This document shows positions 9,088 to 19,301 of a DNA stretch of 64,000 bases, in pieces (the stretch's first letter is position 1; each line of letters opens with the position of its first letter). The notes under the pieces were generated by a model. It searched no databases. It saw only the letters and a program-made list of their open reading frames with translations, and was not told where the DNA came from. Source of the DNA: Bacillota bacterium (lineage in GTDB: Bacteria; Bacillota; Sulfobacillia; DUSP01; JBFMCS01); assembly GCA_040754315.1 (NCBI GenBank), contig JBFMCS010000049.1:8347-72346 (forward strand), given 5' to 3'. Both the position numbers and the translations under genes were made by a program.

Positions 9088-10806
9088 CTAGTAGCTGCTA
9101 CGCCTTCTTTGCCCTGGTGGCAGGGTCTCGTCGGCTAGCCACTGGGCCACCGGGGGGGTCTGTTCTGCTGCGGAGGGCGTGCACACCTCGATGAAGGTGG
9201 GTCGCCCGCTCTCCATGCCCCTCTTCACCGCTCCTCTCAGGCTCTCCCTGTCGTGGGCCTTCATGGCGTCCAGGCCATGGTCCCGGGCCACCGCCACGTA
9301 GTCAACACCCCTTGAGAAGTCCACGGAGAAGTAGCGCTCACCGTAGTAGAGGCGCTGTAGTGCCTTGATCCAGCCGAAGCACCCGTTATTGAAGTGCACG
9401 CATATCACCGGCAATCCCAGCCTGCTCAGGGTCTCCATCTCACCCAGGGTCATCCCAAGGCTGCCGTCGCCGAAGAGCCCTACCACAGTAGAGGATGGTC
9501 TTGCCATCTTGGCCCCCAGTGTCGCACCCAGGGCATAGCCCAGGGAGCCCTGGGCCCTGGGGACGAGAATTCTCCTGCCTGCGGACTTCAGGCGATAGTG
9601 AGCCATGACGTAGGGTGTGGGGGTCCCGGCATCCAGTACAAGGATGGTCTCAGCCGGAAGGGTCTGGGCCAGCACCCCTATGACCTCGCGGGGGTCCATG
9701 ATTCCCTTGGGCACGGCTAGGGGCAGGAAGGCCGGTTCCCGGTCCAGGGCGGCTGCCCAGCAACGGGAGGCCCCAGTTGACGCCTTCATCCTCGCCCGGG
9801 CGGCCTCCGCCAGGTCTTCCAGGGCCAGGCGGGCATCCCCTAAGATGGGCACCTCCACCCTGACATTGTTCCCGAGCTGGATGGGATCCACATCTACCTG
9901 GATAACCTTGGCCAGTGGGTCTATGAGTGCCTTGCCAATGGTTATGCTGGCATTCAGCCGTGTCCCCACGCAAAGCAGCACGTCTGCCTGGGATACCGCG
10001 GCATTGGCTGCCTGCACGGCCCCGTTGGTGCCCATGACCCCAAGTGCCAGGGGAGAGATCTCCGGAAAGGACCCCTTGCCATTCACAGTGGTGGCCACCG
10101 GCGCTGAGAGGAGTCCGGCCAGGGTCTCCAGCTGTTCCCACGCCTGGGAGAGGAGCACACCGCCCCCTGCCACCACCACTGGCCTGGCGGCCTTCATGAG
10201 AACATCCATGGCCCTCTCCACCTGCCGGGGATCGGGCCTTGTCCTGAAGGCCGGATACTGGTGACACTCCGGCTCCCCGTACAGGTCCCCAGAGACATCC
10301 TGGCGAACCTCGGCGGAGAGCACATTCTCGGGGAAGGCCAGGTGTGTGGCCCCGGTCCGGCCCCCCGTGGCCGTGCGAAAGGCCTTTCTAAGCATTGAGG
10401 GGAGGGCTTCAGGCCGCGTGACCCTGTGGCTCCACCGGGTGATGGGCCTCATGAGGGCGACCTGATCCAGAGCGGTTAACGCGGAGTGCTCGTCGCTGGA
10501 GACAGGCACGTCGGATGACAGGATCACAAGGGGTATGGATGAGCCGTCAGCCTCGGCCGCAGCCGAGGCCACGTAGGTTACCCCGCCCCCGCTTGGTACC
10601 TCGCAGACCCCCGGCATCCCTGAGACCCGGGCATAGGCGTCTGCCATGTAACCTGCGGAACGCTCATCCCGGCACATCACGTGCTCCAGCCAGCGCGCGC
10701 GTTGCATGGCATCGTACAGGGCCATGCTCGTGTCTCCGGGGACACCGAAGACCTTCGTTACATTGTATAACCGGAGCATCTCGACGACGATCTCGCCTCC
10801 TAGCAA
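9088..10806 (-). CDS. Thiamine-pyrophosphate-dependent enzyme (acetolactate synthase large-subunit family)
   Basis: TPP_enzyme N, M and C domains with a GDG-SLG TPP-binding motif. Confidence 0.7.
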   Translation of the reverse strand: MLGGEIVVEMLRLYNVTKVFGVPGDTSMALYDAMQRARWLEHVMCRDERSAGYMADAYARVSGMPGVCEVPSGGGVTYVASAAAEADGSSIPLVILSSDVPVSSDEHSALTALDQVALMRPITRWSHRVTRPEALPSMLRKAFRTATGGRTGATHLAFPENVLSAEVRQDVSGDLYGEPECHQYPAFRTRPDPRQVERAMDVLMKAARPVVVAGGGVLLSQAWEQLETLAGLLSAPVATTVNGKGSFPEISPLALGVMGTNGAVQAANAAVSQADVLLCVGTRLNASITIGKALIDPLAKVIQVDVDPIQLGNNVRVEVPILGDARLALEDLAEAARARMKASTGASRCWAAALDREPAFLPLAVPKGIMDPREVIGVLAQTLPAETILVLDAGTPTPYVMAHYRLKSAGRRILVPRAQGSLGYALGATLGAKMARPSSTVVGLFGDGSLGMTLGEMETLSRLGLPVICVHFNNGCFGWIKALQRLYYGERYFSVDFSRGVDYVAVARDHGLDAMKAHDRESLRGAVKRGMESGRPTFIEVCTPSAAEQTPPVAQWLADETLPPGQRRRSSY

Positions 10807-11045
10807 TCCAGGTCACTCCTCGCTTGCGTGATGTGCCCTCTAGCAGCAAAACCCAAAGTCACGGGAACACGGAGGCATGGGTCTCCTGTGCTCTCCGGCA
10901 ACTACACTATGGCGATGCCAGCCCTAGGCAAGGGGCAGCTGGCCTGCAAGGAATGGGTCTAGCCTTGCCAGCCTTCAACCCGGTGGGGCGTGACCGCCTG
11001 GCAGGCGGTACCCCTCCCCTTGGTGTCCAGAGCCCAGTCCTTGTC

Positions 11046-12350
11046 CTAGGAACCCGCCGGGCACCTGGCACGCCTCAGTTCCTTGGCGAAGGCGCTCTCC
11101 ATTCCTGTCCTGGATACCCTCTCCCGGATCTCCCGGGCACAAGTGGTGTAAAGCCCCCTGGACTTCATGCGCTGGAAGTACACGGATCCAGAGAAGGTGT
11201 ACTTCCGGAAGAGGCCTTCGCCCGTCTCCATCTCCTGGCGCACGTATCTGATAGCGTCGCCAACGGCCAGGTCTGCCGGGAGTTCCACAGGGAAGAGCCC
11301 CAGGGCCTGCCTGGCAGCGTTATGACCGGCGAGACTTCCGGTGACGATGGCCTCGGTGTGGCCAACTAGGGGGCCTGCCTTCTCGCCGGCGCAGAAGAGG
11401 TTGGAGAGGCCTTCCACCTTAAGGCAGTCGTCCCTGGGGGAGATGGCGAAGTAGCGCATAGAGTTTCCCTTGCCGCCGGCATAGGGGTCCTCGTAACGGG
11501 CGTTCTCCATCCCGGGGATGGTGCGAAGCTTATCAAGGGGGAAGTATGCGGCCATGAGCTTGGCGTGGCCAGTATCCAGCAGCACGAGGTTTTCCGCGTA
11601 CTCCGGGAGGGCATACTGCTGGCATGCCTTGACTAGGAGCGCATCCTTCTTCTGCATTTCCTCGGGGATGGGCACCATCACAACGCCCTGGGCATCCAGG
11701 GTCTCCCGGATGCCCTTGCTAAGAGACTCCTTCAAGAGCTTGCACGAGCCGCTCATGGAGCCCAGGGTGCCTTTGGCAGTCCCGCCCACCATCTCCTTGA
11801 CCCCTGCCTTGGCCGCCAGGCTCACCCTAGGGCCGAAGGTGGGGCACCTGAGAACGCACATCACGCAGCCGTTCCCGTACTTGAGGCAGTTGCCCTGGGG
11901 CCCCGCGGTTCCAGTGGCCTCCACGAACACATCCGCCTCCAGGGCCCGCCCGTCCGCCGTAACGACCGAGCGAATGGCCTTACCGTCCAGCTGGGCGTCC
12001 ACAACCCTGGCCTCCAGCAAGACCTCAACCTGGTGAGCCCCCAGGAGGATTCTTGCGGCTGGTTCAGCCAGCGCCACATCATACAGGCTGGCGTGGCGGT
12101 GGCCAGGGAACTCGATGTCCCTATGCCGGGAGACGCTGTCCGTCAACTGGAAGAGGTCGCCAAAGCCCAGGGCGGTGGCTTCTTCAGCCGCCGTGTAGCG
12201 CCCGTTGTTCCGCATGATCCCCCCCACGAGGCCGGTTCCCAGCAGCTGGTCGGTTCTCTCCAGAAGGACCACATCAACGCCAGCCTTGGCCGCTGCCAGG
12301 CTGGCTGCTACACCCGCCCACCCGCCTCCCACCACCAGCACCTTGGCCAA
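11046..12350 (-). CDS. FAD-dependent oxidoreductase (GidA/TrmFO-like fold, Cys-rich)
   Basis: N-terminal Rossmann VLVVGGGWAGVAASLAAA and a CxxC-rich segment. Confidence 0.55.
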   Translation of the reverse strand: MAKVLVVGGGWAGVAASLAAAKAGVDVVLLERTDQLLGTGLVGGIMRNNGRYTAAEEATALGFGDLFQLTDSVSRHRDIEFPGHRHASLYDVALAEPAARILLGAHQVEVLLEARVVDAQLDGKAIRSVVTADGRALEADVFVEATGTAGPQGNCLKYGNGCVMCVLRCPTFGPRVSLAAKAGVKEMVGGTAKGTLGSMSGSCKLLKESLSKGIRETLDAQGVVMVPIPEEMQKKDALLVKACQQYALPEYAENLVLLDTGHAKLMAAYFPLDKLRTIPGMENARYEDPYAGGKGNSMRYFAISPRDDCLKVEGLSNLFCAGEKAGPLVGHTEAIVTGSLAGHNAARQALGLFPVELPADLAVGDAIRYVRQEMETGEGLFRKYTFSGSVYFQRMKSRGLYTTCAREIRERVSRTGMESAFAKELRRARCPAGS

Positions 12351-12603
12351 GATGCATCCCCCCAGATCATTCTGCCTGAGATACCCAAAACCGGGTCACC
12401 AGGGTTCCCCGGGGAACCGCCTTACACGCCAGCCCCAGGTGCTCATCGTTGATGAGTAACTTGTTCGACGCGGTGCTTCCGGTTCCTGCACAGATATCTA
12501 AGATTTTATGAGATAGCTATCAATGTTCAGGAAAGCCTTCCCTCCGGGTGGGCCCTGTAGTATAATATAGGCGAACACCAGTTCGCAGGGAGGTGGCAAG
12601 AGT

Positions 12604-13587
12604 ATGGCCCGAGGGGAGCCCATGAGTTTCTTAGAGTTTCAGGAACGCTTCTCTACTGAAGAAGCCTGTTATGAGTATCTGTTTAACGCCCGGTGGCCCG
12701 ATGGTTTCGTTTGTCCACACTGTGGCTGCAAAGAATACTACCTGGTATCGCGCCGAAGGCTGTATCAATGCAGGTGTTGTGATTATCAAGATTCTCTTAC
12801 TGCTGGCACTATCTTTCATAAGACCCGTACGCCGCTTCGAAAGTGGTTTTTGGCCATATTCCTGGGACCGCCATGGCCCTCTGCCACCTCGGGCGTTCCT
12901 CCCGTCTTGCCCCTCGCAGCTCCTTTGATGCCCTGGGCCTGGCGGGAATACGCAGCCAAGGACAAAAGAGGCATATCGGCTCTGGCCTTAATGGGCCATA
13001 TTGACGTTAGTTACCCTACTGGCTGCCTGATGTTGCACAAGATCAGGGCCGCAATGTCCCATCGGGATGGCAAGTATCAATTATCCGGCTTCATCCAGTT
13101 GGATGAGGCATTTTCCGGTGGACCCAACGGAAAGCAGGGTCGTGGAACCGGAAAGGCCACTGCGTACGTTGCCGTATCAACCGCCGAGGATGGCAAGCCC
13201 CTCTACGCCAAAGCACTGGTCGTTGACCGCATTAACAAGGAGACGGCCGTTGATTTCGCCAGATACCTACTGCCCGGGTGCGCTGTGACCACTGACGGGT
13301 TGAACGTCTACCCCCGGCTGAAAGGACAGGGCTACGCTCACAAAGCCGTACCCTCGTCCTCTTCTGAAGCTGAGAGGGCACTTCAATGGGCCAATACAGT
13401 GGTATCTAATGCCAAGGCCTTCATATCCGGCACATATCACGGGCCCATGAAGAAGCACCTGCAATCCTACCTGAATGAATACCTTTACCGGTTCAACCGA
13501 AGGTGGTGGCAACCAGAACTCTTTGACCGTCTACTCTCAGCCTGCATAACCGGCCCAATTGTAACCTATGCTGACCTAACTTTATGA
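12604..13587 (+). mobile_element. IS1595-family transposase (N-terminal zinc ribbon plus ISXO2-like DDE domain)
   Basis: CPHCG...CRCC zinc ribbon and a DDE core. Alternative start MSFLEF at 12622. Terminal inverted repeats were not confidently identified. Confidence 0.75.
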
Positions 13588-13674
13588 TCTCCCGCCGGGA
13601 AAACCCACTCTTTTTAAGGGTGGGATGAAAGGCGGCTTGTATCTTTTCGTGCAACACGCTACAATTTAAGCAGG

Positions 13675-14793
13675 GTGATGGGCATGCTTAAGACATTTAA
13701 GTATCGTATTTACCCAACCCTAAAGCAGATTCGAGAAATGAACCAGTGGCTTGAAGAATGTCGCTGGCTCTACAACCATTTTCTTGAGCAACGCAAGGAC
13801 GCATGCAAGCAAGAGCAAAGAAGCATCAATTACCACGCTCAGGCAACAAGCCTTCCTGAACTTAAGGGGCAGCGTCCTTCTCTTAACGGCGTTCACTCCC
13901 AAGTCTTGCAGAATGTTGCTGTTCGCATCGACCTTGCTTTCAAAGCCTTTTTCCGCAGAGTTAAAGCTGGAGAAAACCCTGGCTATCCCCGCTTTCGAGG
14001 CAAGGGCCGGTATGATAGCTTCACCTTCCCACAAAGCGGCTTTAACCTTGACGGTGATATGCTCCGGCTTTCCAAGATCGGCAGCATTAAGGTTGTTCTT
14101 CACAGGCCGATCGAAGGCAACCTGAAAATATGCACCGTCAAACGCTCTGGCACCGGCAAATGGTACGTGACGCTTTCCGTTAAATACGAGCAAGATTTTT
14201 TGCCGAAAAACGATCATGCTGTCGGTGTTGACGTTGGCCTTAATTCTTTTGCCACGCTTTCGACCGGTGAACAGACAGAAGCTCCGAAGTTCTTTCGCAA
14301 AGAGGAAAAAGAACTGGCCAAAGCACAGCGCAAATTGTCGAAGGCTGAGAAAGGAACGCCGGAACGGAAGAAATGCCGGAAGGTTGTTGCTAGGGTACAC
14401 GAACGTATTGCATGGAAGCGTCAAAATTTTGCTCACCAACTTTCACGTAAAATAGTCAACCGGTTCGGCATGATTGCCGTTGAGGATATACATGTCAACC
14501 GCATGCTTCACAACCACTGTTTGGCTAAAAGCTTGTCTGACACGGCTTGGTCGGGGTTCTTCCAACAGTTGGCGTACAAGGCAGCGTGTGCCGGTCGTCA
14601 ATTTGTGGCCGTTAACCCCGCCTATACCTCCCAGGACTGCTCCGGTTGTGGACACCGGCAGAAAATGCCACTGTCAGAGAGGGTTTTCAATTGTCCATGT
14701 TGCGGTATGGTTTTAGATCGTGACCACAATGCCGCGCTAAACATTTTGGGTTTGGGAAGGCAAGCCCTGGAGATTTCTCCTAAAAGCCCCTGA
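13675..14793 (+). mobile_element. tnpB: IS200/IS605-family TnpB (OrfB; RuvC-like RNA-guided nuclease), IS1341-like, no tnpA
   Basis: N-terminal MLKTFKYRIYPT motif, RuvC catalytic residues and a C-terminal zinc finger CSGCGH...CPCCG. Lower GC than the flanks. A 9-bp stem hairpin lies at the stop. Confidence 0.85.
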
Positions 14794-14840
14794 CTTCAGT
14801 CAGGGGAGCCTTCACCGGAAATCCCATAATCGCCGGGCAG

Positions 14841-14878
14841 GTGGAAAGGAAAGGGCCCTGGCTCAAGGGCCAGGGCCC
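14841..14878 (-). terminator. Rho-independent terminator for the GNAT gene (10-bp GC stem then a T-rich tract on the minus strand)
   Basis: gggccctggc-tcaagg-gccagggccc at 14853-14878, with ttcctttcc following on the minus strand. Confidence 0.5.
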
Positions 14879-14896
14879 GGGCAATCCAGTCGAGGC

Positions 14897-15436
14897 TCAC
14901 TTCCACTTGGGCCTTTCCACTAAGGGGATTTCAGAAGCGTTTCTCCCATTGGGGAATACCAGCCTTATCATGGCAGTCTCGTCGCAGCGGTGGAACTTGT
15001 CGCAGTAGACGCACTCTTTCCAAACCTTCTGAGGCATTTGCTCCTTACTGGCCACGGTAAATCCACACTTGTCAAAAAAGTCTTGCTGGTAGGTTAGGGT
15101 GAATACCCGGGCTATGCCTATCTCCTGGGCCTCCCTGAGCATGAACTCCACCAGGTTCCGTCCTATTCCCCGGCGGGACATGGCAGGCTCCACAGCCAGG
15201 GACCGGACCTCAGCCAGGTCATGCCAGAGCACGTGCAGGCACCCGGTGCCCACCACCCTGGTGCCGTCAACGGCAACCACCATGTCCCTGACCCCTTCAT
15301 ACAGCATCATCAGTGGCCGCCTGAGCATGAGGCCTTGGGACGCGTAGTGCTGGATCAGGTCATGGCACTGCGGGACGTCTTCCATGGCTGCTTTCTTGTA
15401 AATCACGGCGGGGCCTCCTCCAGGCAACAGGTGCAT
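14897..15436 (-). CDS. GNAT-family N-acetyltransferase (ArgA-like short form with C-terminal Cys cluster)
   Basis: Acetyl-CoA-binding motif RGIGRNLV and a CVYCDKFHRCDE tail. Start taken at MHLLP, which has a GGAGGAAA SD. Confidence 0.7.
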   Translation of the reverse strand: MHLLPGGGPAVIYKKAAMEDVPQCHDLIQHYASQGLMLRRPLMMLYEGVRDMVVAVDGTRVVGTGCLHVLWHDLAEVRSLAVEPAMSRRGIGRNLVEFMLREAQEIGIARVFTLTYQQDFFDKCGFTVASKEQMPQKVWKECVYCDKFHRCDETAMIRLVFPNGRNASEIPLVERPKWK

Positions 15437-15562
15437 AATTTCCTCCAGTATACATGGGGCGGCGGGCGCCTGTCCAGAGAAAACGCACGATGCTGGAGGA
15501 TTGCCCAAAGGGGCGCGAGGGGGCTGCGGGCTGGTATACAGTAGAGCAAATACTTATACATC

Positions 15563-16543
15563 CTAGCGCACCTGGTCTATAGCGCCCTGGAGGCCGGGGT
15601 AAAGTCGCACGGCCTCTGCCAGGGCCTGGCCGGCTTCCTCAAGCCTTCCTGAGTCCTGGAGCGTAACCCCCATCCAGAAGTAGTGGTAGGCGAGGTCCCT
15701 CCGCAGGCTGGCGTCTTGTTCCGGGTCATCCAGGAGTCTAAGGTCATCCTTCGAGAGGGCGATGGCTGCCTGGAATGCACGGAGCGCCTCGTAGTAGCGG
15801 CCCTGGAGCCGCAACACATCTCCCAGGAGCGCGTGGTACTGGTGGAAGTAGGGGTCTAGCCTCAGCGCCTCCCGGCATGCGTTCTCCGCCTTGGTCAAGC
15901 CTTCAGCTGGGTCCTCCCAGGTGTGATCCCTGTAGGCATAGGCCAGGAAGTAGTATATGTCTGCTGCCAGCCGTTCCTCCTCCTTCACGGCAATCTCATC
16001 ATCCATAAGGCCGGCAGCCTCAAGGTACTGCCGGCTTTCCTCCCTTGCCAGTTCCAGGGCCTGTTCCAGCAGGTCAATGGCCTCCCCGTACCTGGAGACG
16101 CTGTAGGCCTCGATACCCTCGTACATAAGCTGGTGTGCCGAAGGGACCACATCGAAGTGATACTCTGCCACCTGGCCCTGGGCATACAGCCGCACACTCT
16201 GCCTACCCACAGGCAGGAACGCCTCGGGGTCTCCCTCCCGGGCAGCGATGTGGACCAGGGTGAAAACCGTCCAGTCTCCCTCCTGGCGGGTCTCCCAGGA
16301 ATAATCTGGCCCTGAGAGGCTCCATTCCACCCGGAGGTCGTCGATGCCGCCGGGAGCCTTGACCGCCAGGGCGATTTCCGTCCGGGAACTCGGGAACTGG
16401 TCCCCCTCGTACCAGGAATCCGGGTTCTCCGCCCACCAGTACTGGCCCATCTTCACCTCGAGTTCCGGGGCCTTTGCCTGTGGGGAGCAGCCCTGCAGGA
16501 CCACGAGGAGGGGGAGGACTACGGTGAAGCCCAGCCTTGACAC
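15563..16543 (-). CDS. TPR-repeat lipoprotein
   Basis: LVVLQGC lipobox. The C-terminal half consists of TPR repeats. Confidence 0.6.
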   Translation of the reverse strand: MSRLGFTVVLPLLVVLQGCSPQAKAPELEVKMGQYWWAENPDSWYEGDQFPSSRTEIALAVKAPGGIDDLRVEWSLSGPDYSWETRQEGDWTVFTLVHIAAREGDPEAFLPVGRQSVRLYAQGQVAEYHFDVVPSAHQLMYEGIEAYSVSRYGEAIDLLEQALELAREESRQYLEAAGLMDDEIAVKEEERLAADIYYFLAYAYRDHTWEDPAEGLTKAENACREALRLDPYFHQYHALLGDVLRLQGRYYEALRAFQAAIALSKDDLRLLDDPEQDASLRRDLAYHYFWMGVTLQDSGRLEEAGQALAEAVRLYPGLQGAIDQVR

Positions 16544-16773
16544 GTTAGTTCCCTCCCTATGGGGGTCCCGGGCGATGTACCAGGTTCCCCAGGCAAAGGC
16601 ATGGGCAATGAGCGCCCACTAGGGTACCATACGGCAAGAAGGCGCCAGATCCTCCCACAGCTTGGAGGGGGGCAGGATCAGGGGAGGCATCTGCCTTCCC
16701 GCGGCGGTCACCACGGTGGCACTGCCAGGGAGGACGAGAGGGGAGCCGGGGTGATCTTGCGGGCCATGTCCAG

Positions 16774-17673
16774 CTAGGAGAGGCGGACAAACCTCACGCC
16801 GGCCAGCACCAGGACCCCGCCCACCACCTGGAAGGGGTAGAGCGCTTCCTTCCACACTACGAAGGCCAGGATGATGGCGGTCACGGGGATGAGGTACTGG
16901 AACGCCACAACCTTCAACGGCCCGATCTTCGACACTGCGTAGTACCAGATGGCCAGGGATACCACGGTGGACAGCGCCGTGGAGTAGACCAGGCCTGCCC
17001 ATCCCATGAAAGACACAGTCTCCCAAGCCTGGTTCAATAGGGGGCCATAGGAGGCAAGGCCCGAGATCACTGCGGCGCCCGTCATGGCGTAGGCCGTGAC
17101 GCGGATGGCGCTGTAGCGGTCCAGGACCGTGGTACTGAAGTGGGTGAACAAGGCCCAGCACACGACGGCCAGGCCTATGATGACATCCCCCTTTATAGTG
17201 GCGGAGTTCCAGAACCCATGAAGGCCGGTTCCCTTGGAGGAGGCGATCACCATGACAACGCCGGAGAAGGCTGTTGCCAGGCCCAGGACGGTAAGGCGAT
17301 TGAGTCTCTTGCCCCGGATTATGCCCAGGGCTGCTATGAGGATGGGGCTGGCGGAATAGAGGATGGACGCATTGGCGGATGTGGTCAGGGCCACCCCCTT
17401 GATGAAGAGCACGTAGTCTCCGGCCAGGAACACTGAAAGCGCGGCGAACCTAGCGAGGTCGGCCCGGGTCTTCACGAACCGGTTGCCCTCCAGGAGCACG
17501 CTCTTTTCGAAGAACCGCAATACCAGGAGCATGGCAGGGGCCCCCAGCAGGAGGCGCGTGGCGCCGAATGCCAGCGGGTCAATTTCCTTCAGGGAAATCT
17601 TGACGAAACCGAAGTTGGCCCCCCATATGAGGACTACCAGCAAGAGGAGTGCGTCGTGGCGTGAGATCTTCAA
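16774..17673 (-). CDS. DMT-superfamily (EamA) transporter
   Basis: Ten predicted TM helices, 2x EamA. Confidence 0.7.
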   Translation of the reverse strand: MKISRHDALLLLVVLIWGANFGFVKISLKEIDPLAFGATRLLLGAPAMLLVLRFFEKSVLLEGNRFVKTRADLARFAALSVFLAGDYVLFIKGVALTTSANASILYSASPILIAALGIIRGKRLNRLTVLGLATAFSGVVMVIASSKGTGLHGFWNSATIKGDVIIGLAVVCWALFTHFSTTVLDRYSAIRVTAYAMTGAAVISGLASYGPLLNQAWETVSFMGWAGLVYSTALSTVVSLAIWYYAVSKIGPLKVVAFQYLIPVTAIILAFVVWKEALYPFQVVGGVLVLAGVRFVRLS

Positions 17674-17906
17674 CCGGGATAACCCCCTGCTCTTTCCAGA
17701 ACCCTGCCACTACCATATCATCTCTGGGTCCAGGCTACAACAGCGGCCTTGGCGGTAGGGAGCGCCCGGGGGCCCCGGGACTCCTTGATTCCACGGCTAG
17801 CATGGGAAAGGGCAGGATCTTCCTGAAGGATGCCCTCAGCCTGGCGAGGAATAGGTTTGCTGTTTGTTGCAGGCCAGATATCTCGGGTTGGAGGAGGTCT
17901 CCCAGG

Positions 17907-19184
17907 GTGAAGACGGGCTTGGTCGCATGTCTGGTCGCTATGGCGGTGATGGTGGTGGGCTGCTCCACACCTCCTCCTGTCCAGGCTCCCGGTGTAACTA
18001 CGGTTGTTGTCCAGATGTACTCGGGGCAAGAGGCAGATGCCATGGCCAAGGTCGTGGAGGAGTGGAACCGGCGGCAGGCGAAGGATGCAGGCTTCGAGGT
18101 AAGCCTTGAGACGCTCCCCCAGGATGGGTACTTCGAGAGGGTGGTATCCCAGCTGGCGGGGCGGTTGGGGCGCCCGGACATCGTGCACCTGGTATCCCTG
18201 AGCCTGGGGCGCCTGGAGCCCTACCTGGAACCCGCCGGTTCCCACGTGGACCCGGAAGGGACAAGAGTGGCAACGCTACTTGAGGCCCTCCCCGCTGCCA
18301 CGACAGGCTCGGTCAGGGTGGATGGCAGGGCCCTCATGTTCCCCACCGGTGTCCACCAGCTGGTGATGTTCTACAGGAGTGATCTCATGGAGGAGCCGCC
18401 GGCTACCTGGAATGAGGCCCTGGAGGTGGCCAGGAACCTTACCCAGCGTCACAACTCCGATTCCCCCACGGAGTATGGGATGGCGTGGCCCGGGAGGCTG
18501 GACGTGTGGGGGTTTGCCGCGTACCTGGGCATCTTGTGGTCCTACGGGGGGGACTGGCGGGGCCCCTTGGGTGAGGTCTCCCTGGACCAGGAGGAGGCCC
18601 TGGAATCCATGAAGGTGCTGGAGGACCTCTACCGCCAGGCCGTGCTACCCCCGGGGGTGGAGAACCAGGGTCACGAAGATGTGGTGGAGGCCCTCAGGGA
18701 GGGCAGGGCGGCCATGGGGCTGGCATGGAGCTGGGCCTTTGACACCCTGGCGGACCGGGAGGACTCGCCGGGCACGTGGGACAAGATAGAGATGGCGCCC
18801 CCTCCAGGCGCTGACGAGGGGGAGTATACTACCAGGGGCATGTACCTTCACACCACCGGCCTCGCGGTTAACAGCGCGTCCCCCTACAGGAGCGAGGCCA
18901 TGTCCTTCCTCGCCTGGGCGACCCTTGGCGAGGGTGCCAGGGTGTATGCCCAGGGAGGCGGAGATCCCCTCTGGGCCGGCCAGGACCTGCCTGGCTCCCT
19001 GGAGATGGTGTATCCCTGGGTAATGGAGTATGGGAGGTCCCCGAGGCCACACCCCAGGCTCACTGAGGTCATGCTGGCTGGCTCCAAGTGGGTGCGGAAG
19101 GTCCTGGTCGGCGAGGTTGGCGCCGCCGAGGCCTGCCAGGGCCTGCAAGGGGAGGCTCAGGCAATAACGGAGCCCGGCCGGTAG
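17907..19184 (+). CDS. ABC-transporter extracellular solute-binding lipoprotein (family 1, sugar/polyamine type)
   Basis: GTG start after GGAGGAGG. Signal peptide VKTGLVACLVAMAVMVVGCS. SBP_bac_1-like body. Confidence 0.6.
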   Translation: MKTGLVACLVAMAVMVVGCSTPPPVQAPGVTTVVVQMYSGQEADAMAKVVEEWNRRQAKDAGFEVSLETLPQDGYFERVVSQLAGRLGRPDIVHLVSLSLGRLEPYLEPAGSHVDPEGTRVATLLEALPAATTGSVRVDGRALMFPTGVHQLVMFYRSDLMEEPPATWNEALEVARNLTQRHNSDSPTEYGMAWPGRLDVWGFAAYLGILWSYGGDWRGPLGEVSLDQEEALESMKVLEDLYRQAVLPPGVENQGHEDVVEALREGRAAMGLAWSWAFDTLADREDSPGTWDKIEMAPPPGADEGEYTTRGMYLHTTGLAVNSASPYRSEAMSFLAWATLGEGARVYAQGGGDPLWAGQDLPGSLEMVYPWVMEYGRSPRPHPRLTEVMLAGSKWVRKVLVGEVGAAEACQGLQGEAQAITEPGR

Positions 19185-19301
19185 GCAGCTTCTGCCAGGC
19201 GGTTGGAGGAGATCCCGCCAGGGCATTGAACTAAGACTACCTGGGGCAGGTATGGTTACACTCCTGCCCCGGCTCAAGTTATTAGAGTCAGTCCGGGGAG
19301 G

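Noticed and set aside
12452-13680. Terminal inverted repeats of the IS1595 element.
   Set aside because: Flank comparison gave only weak partial matches (gggtggg-containing segments), so exact ends cannot be stated.
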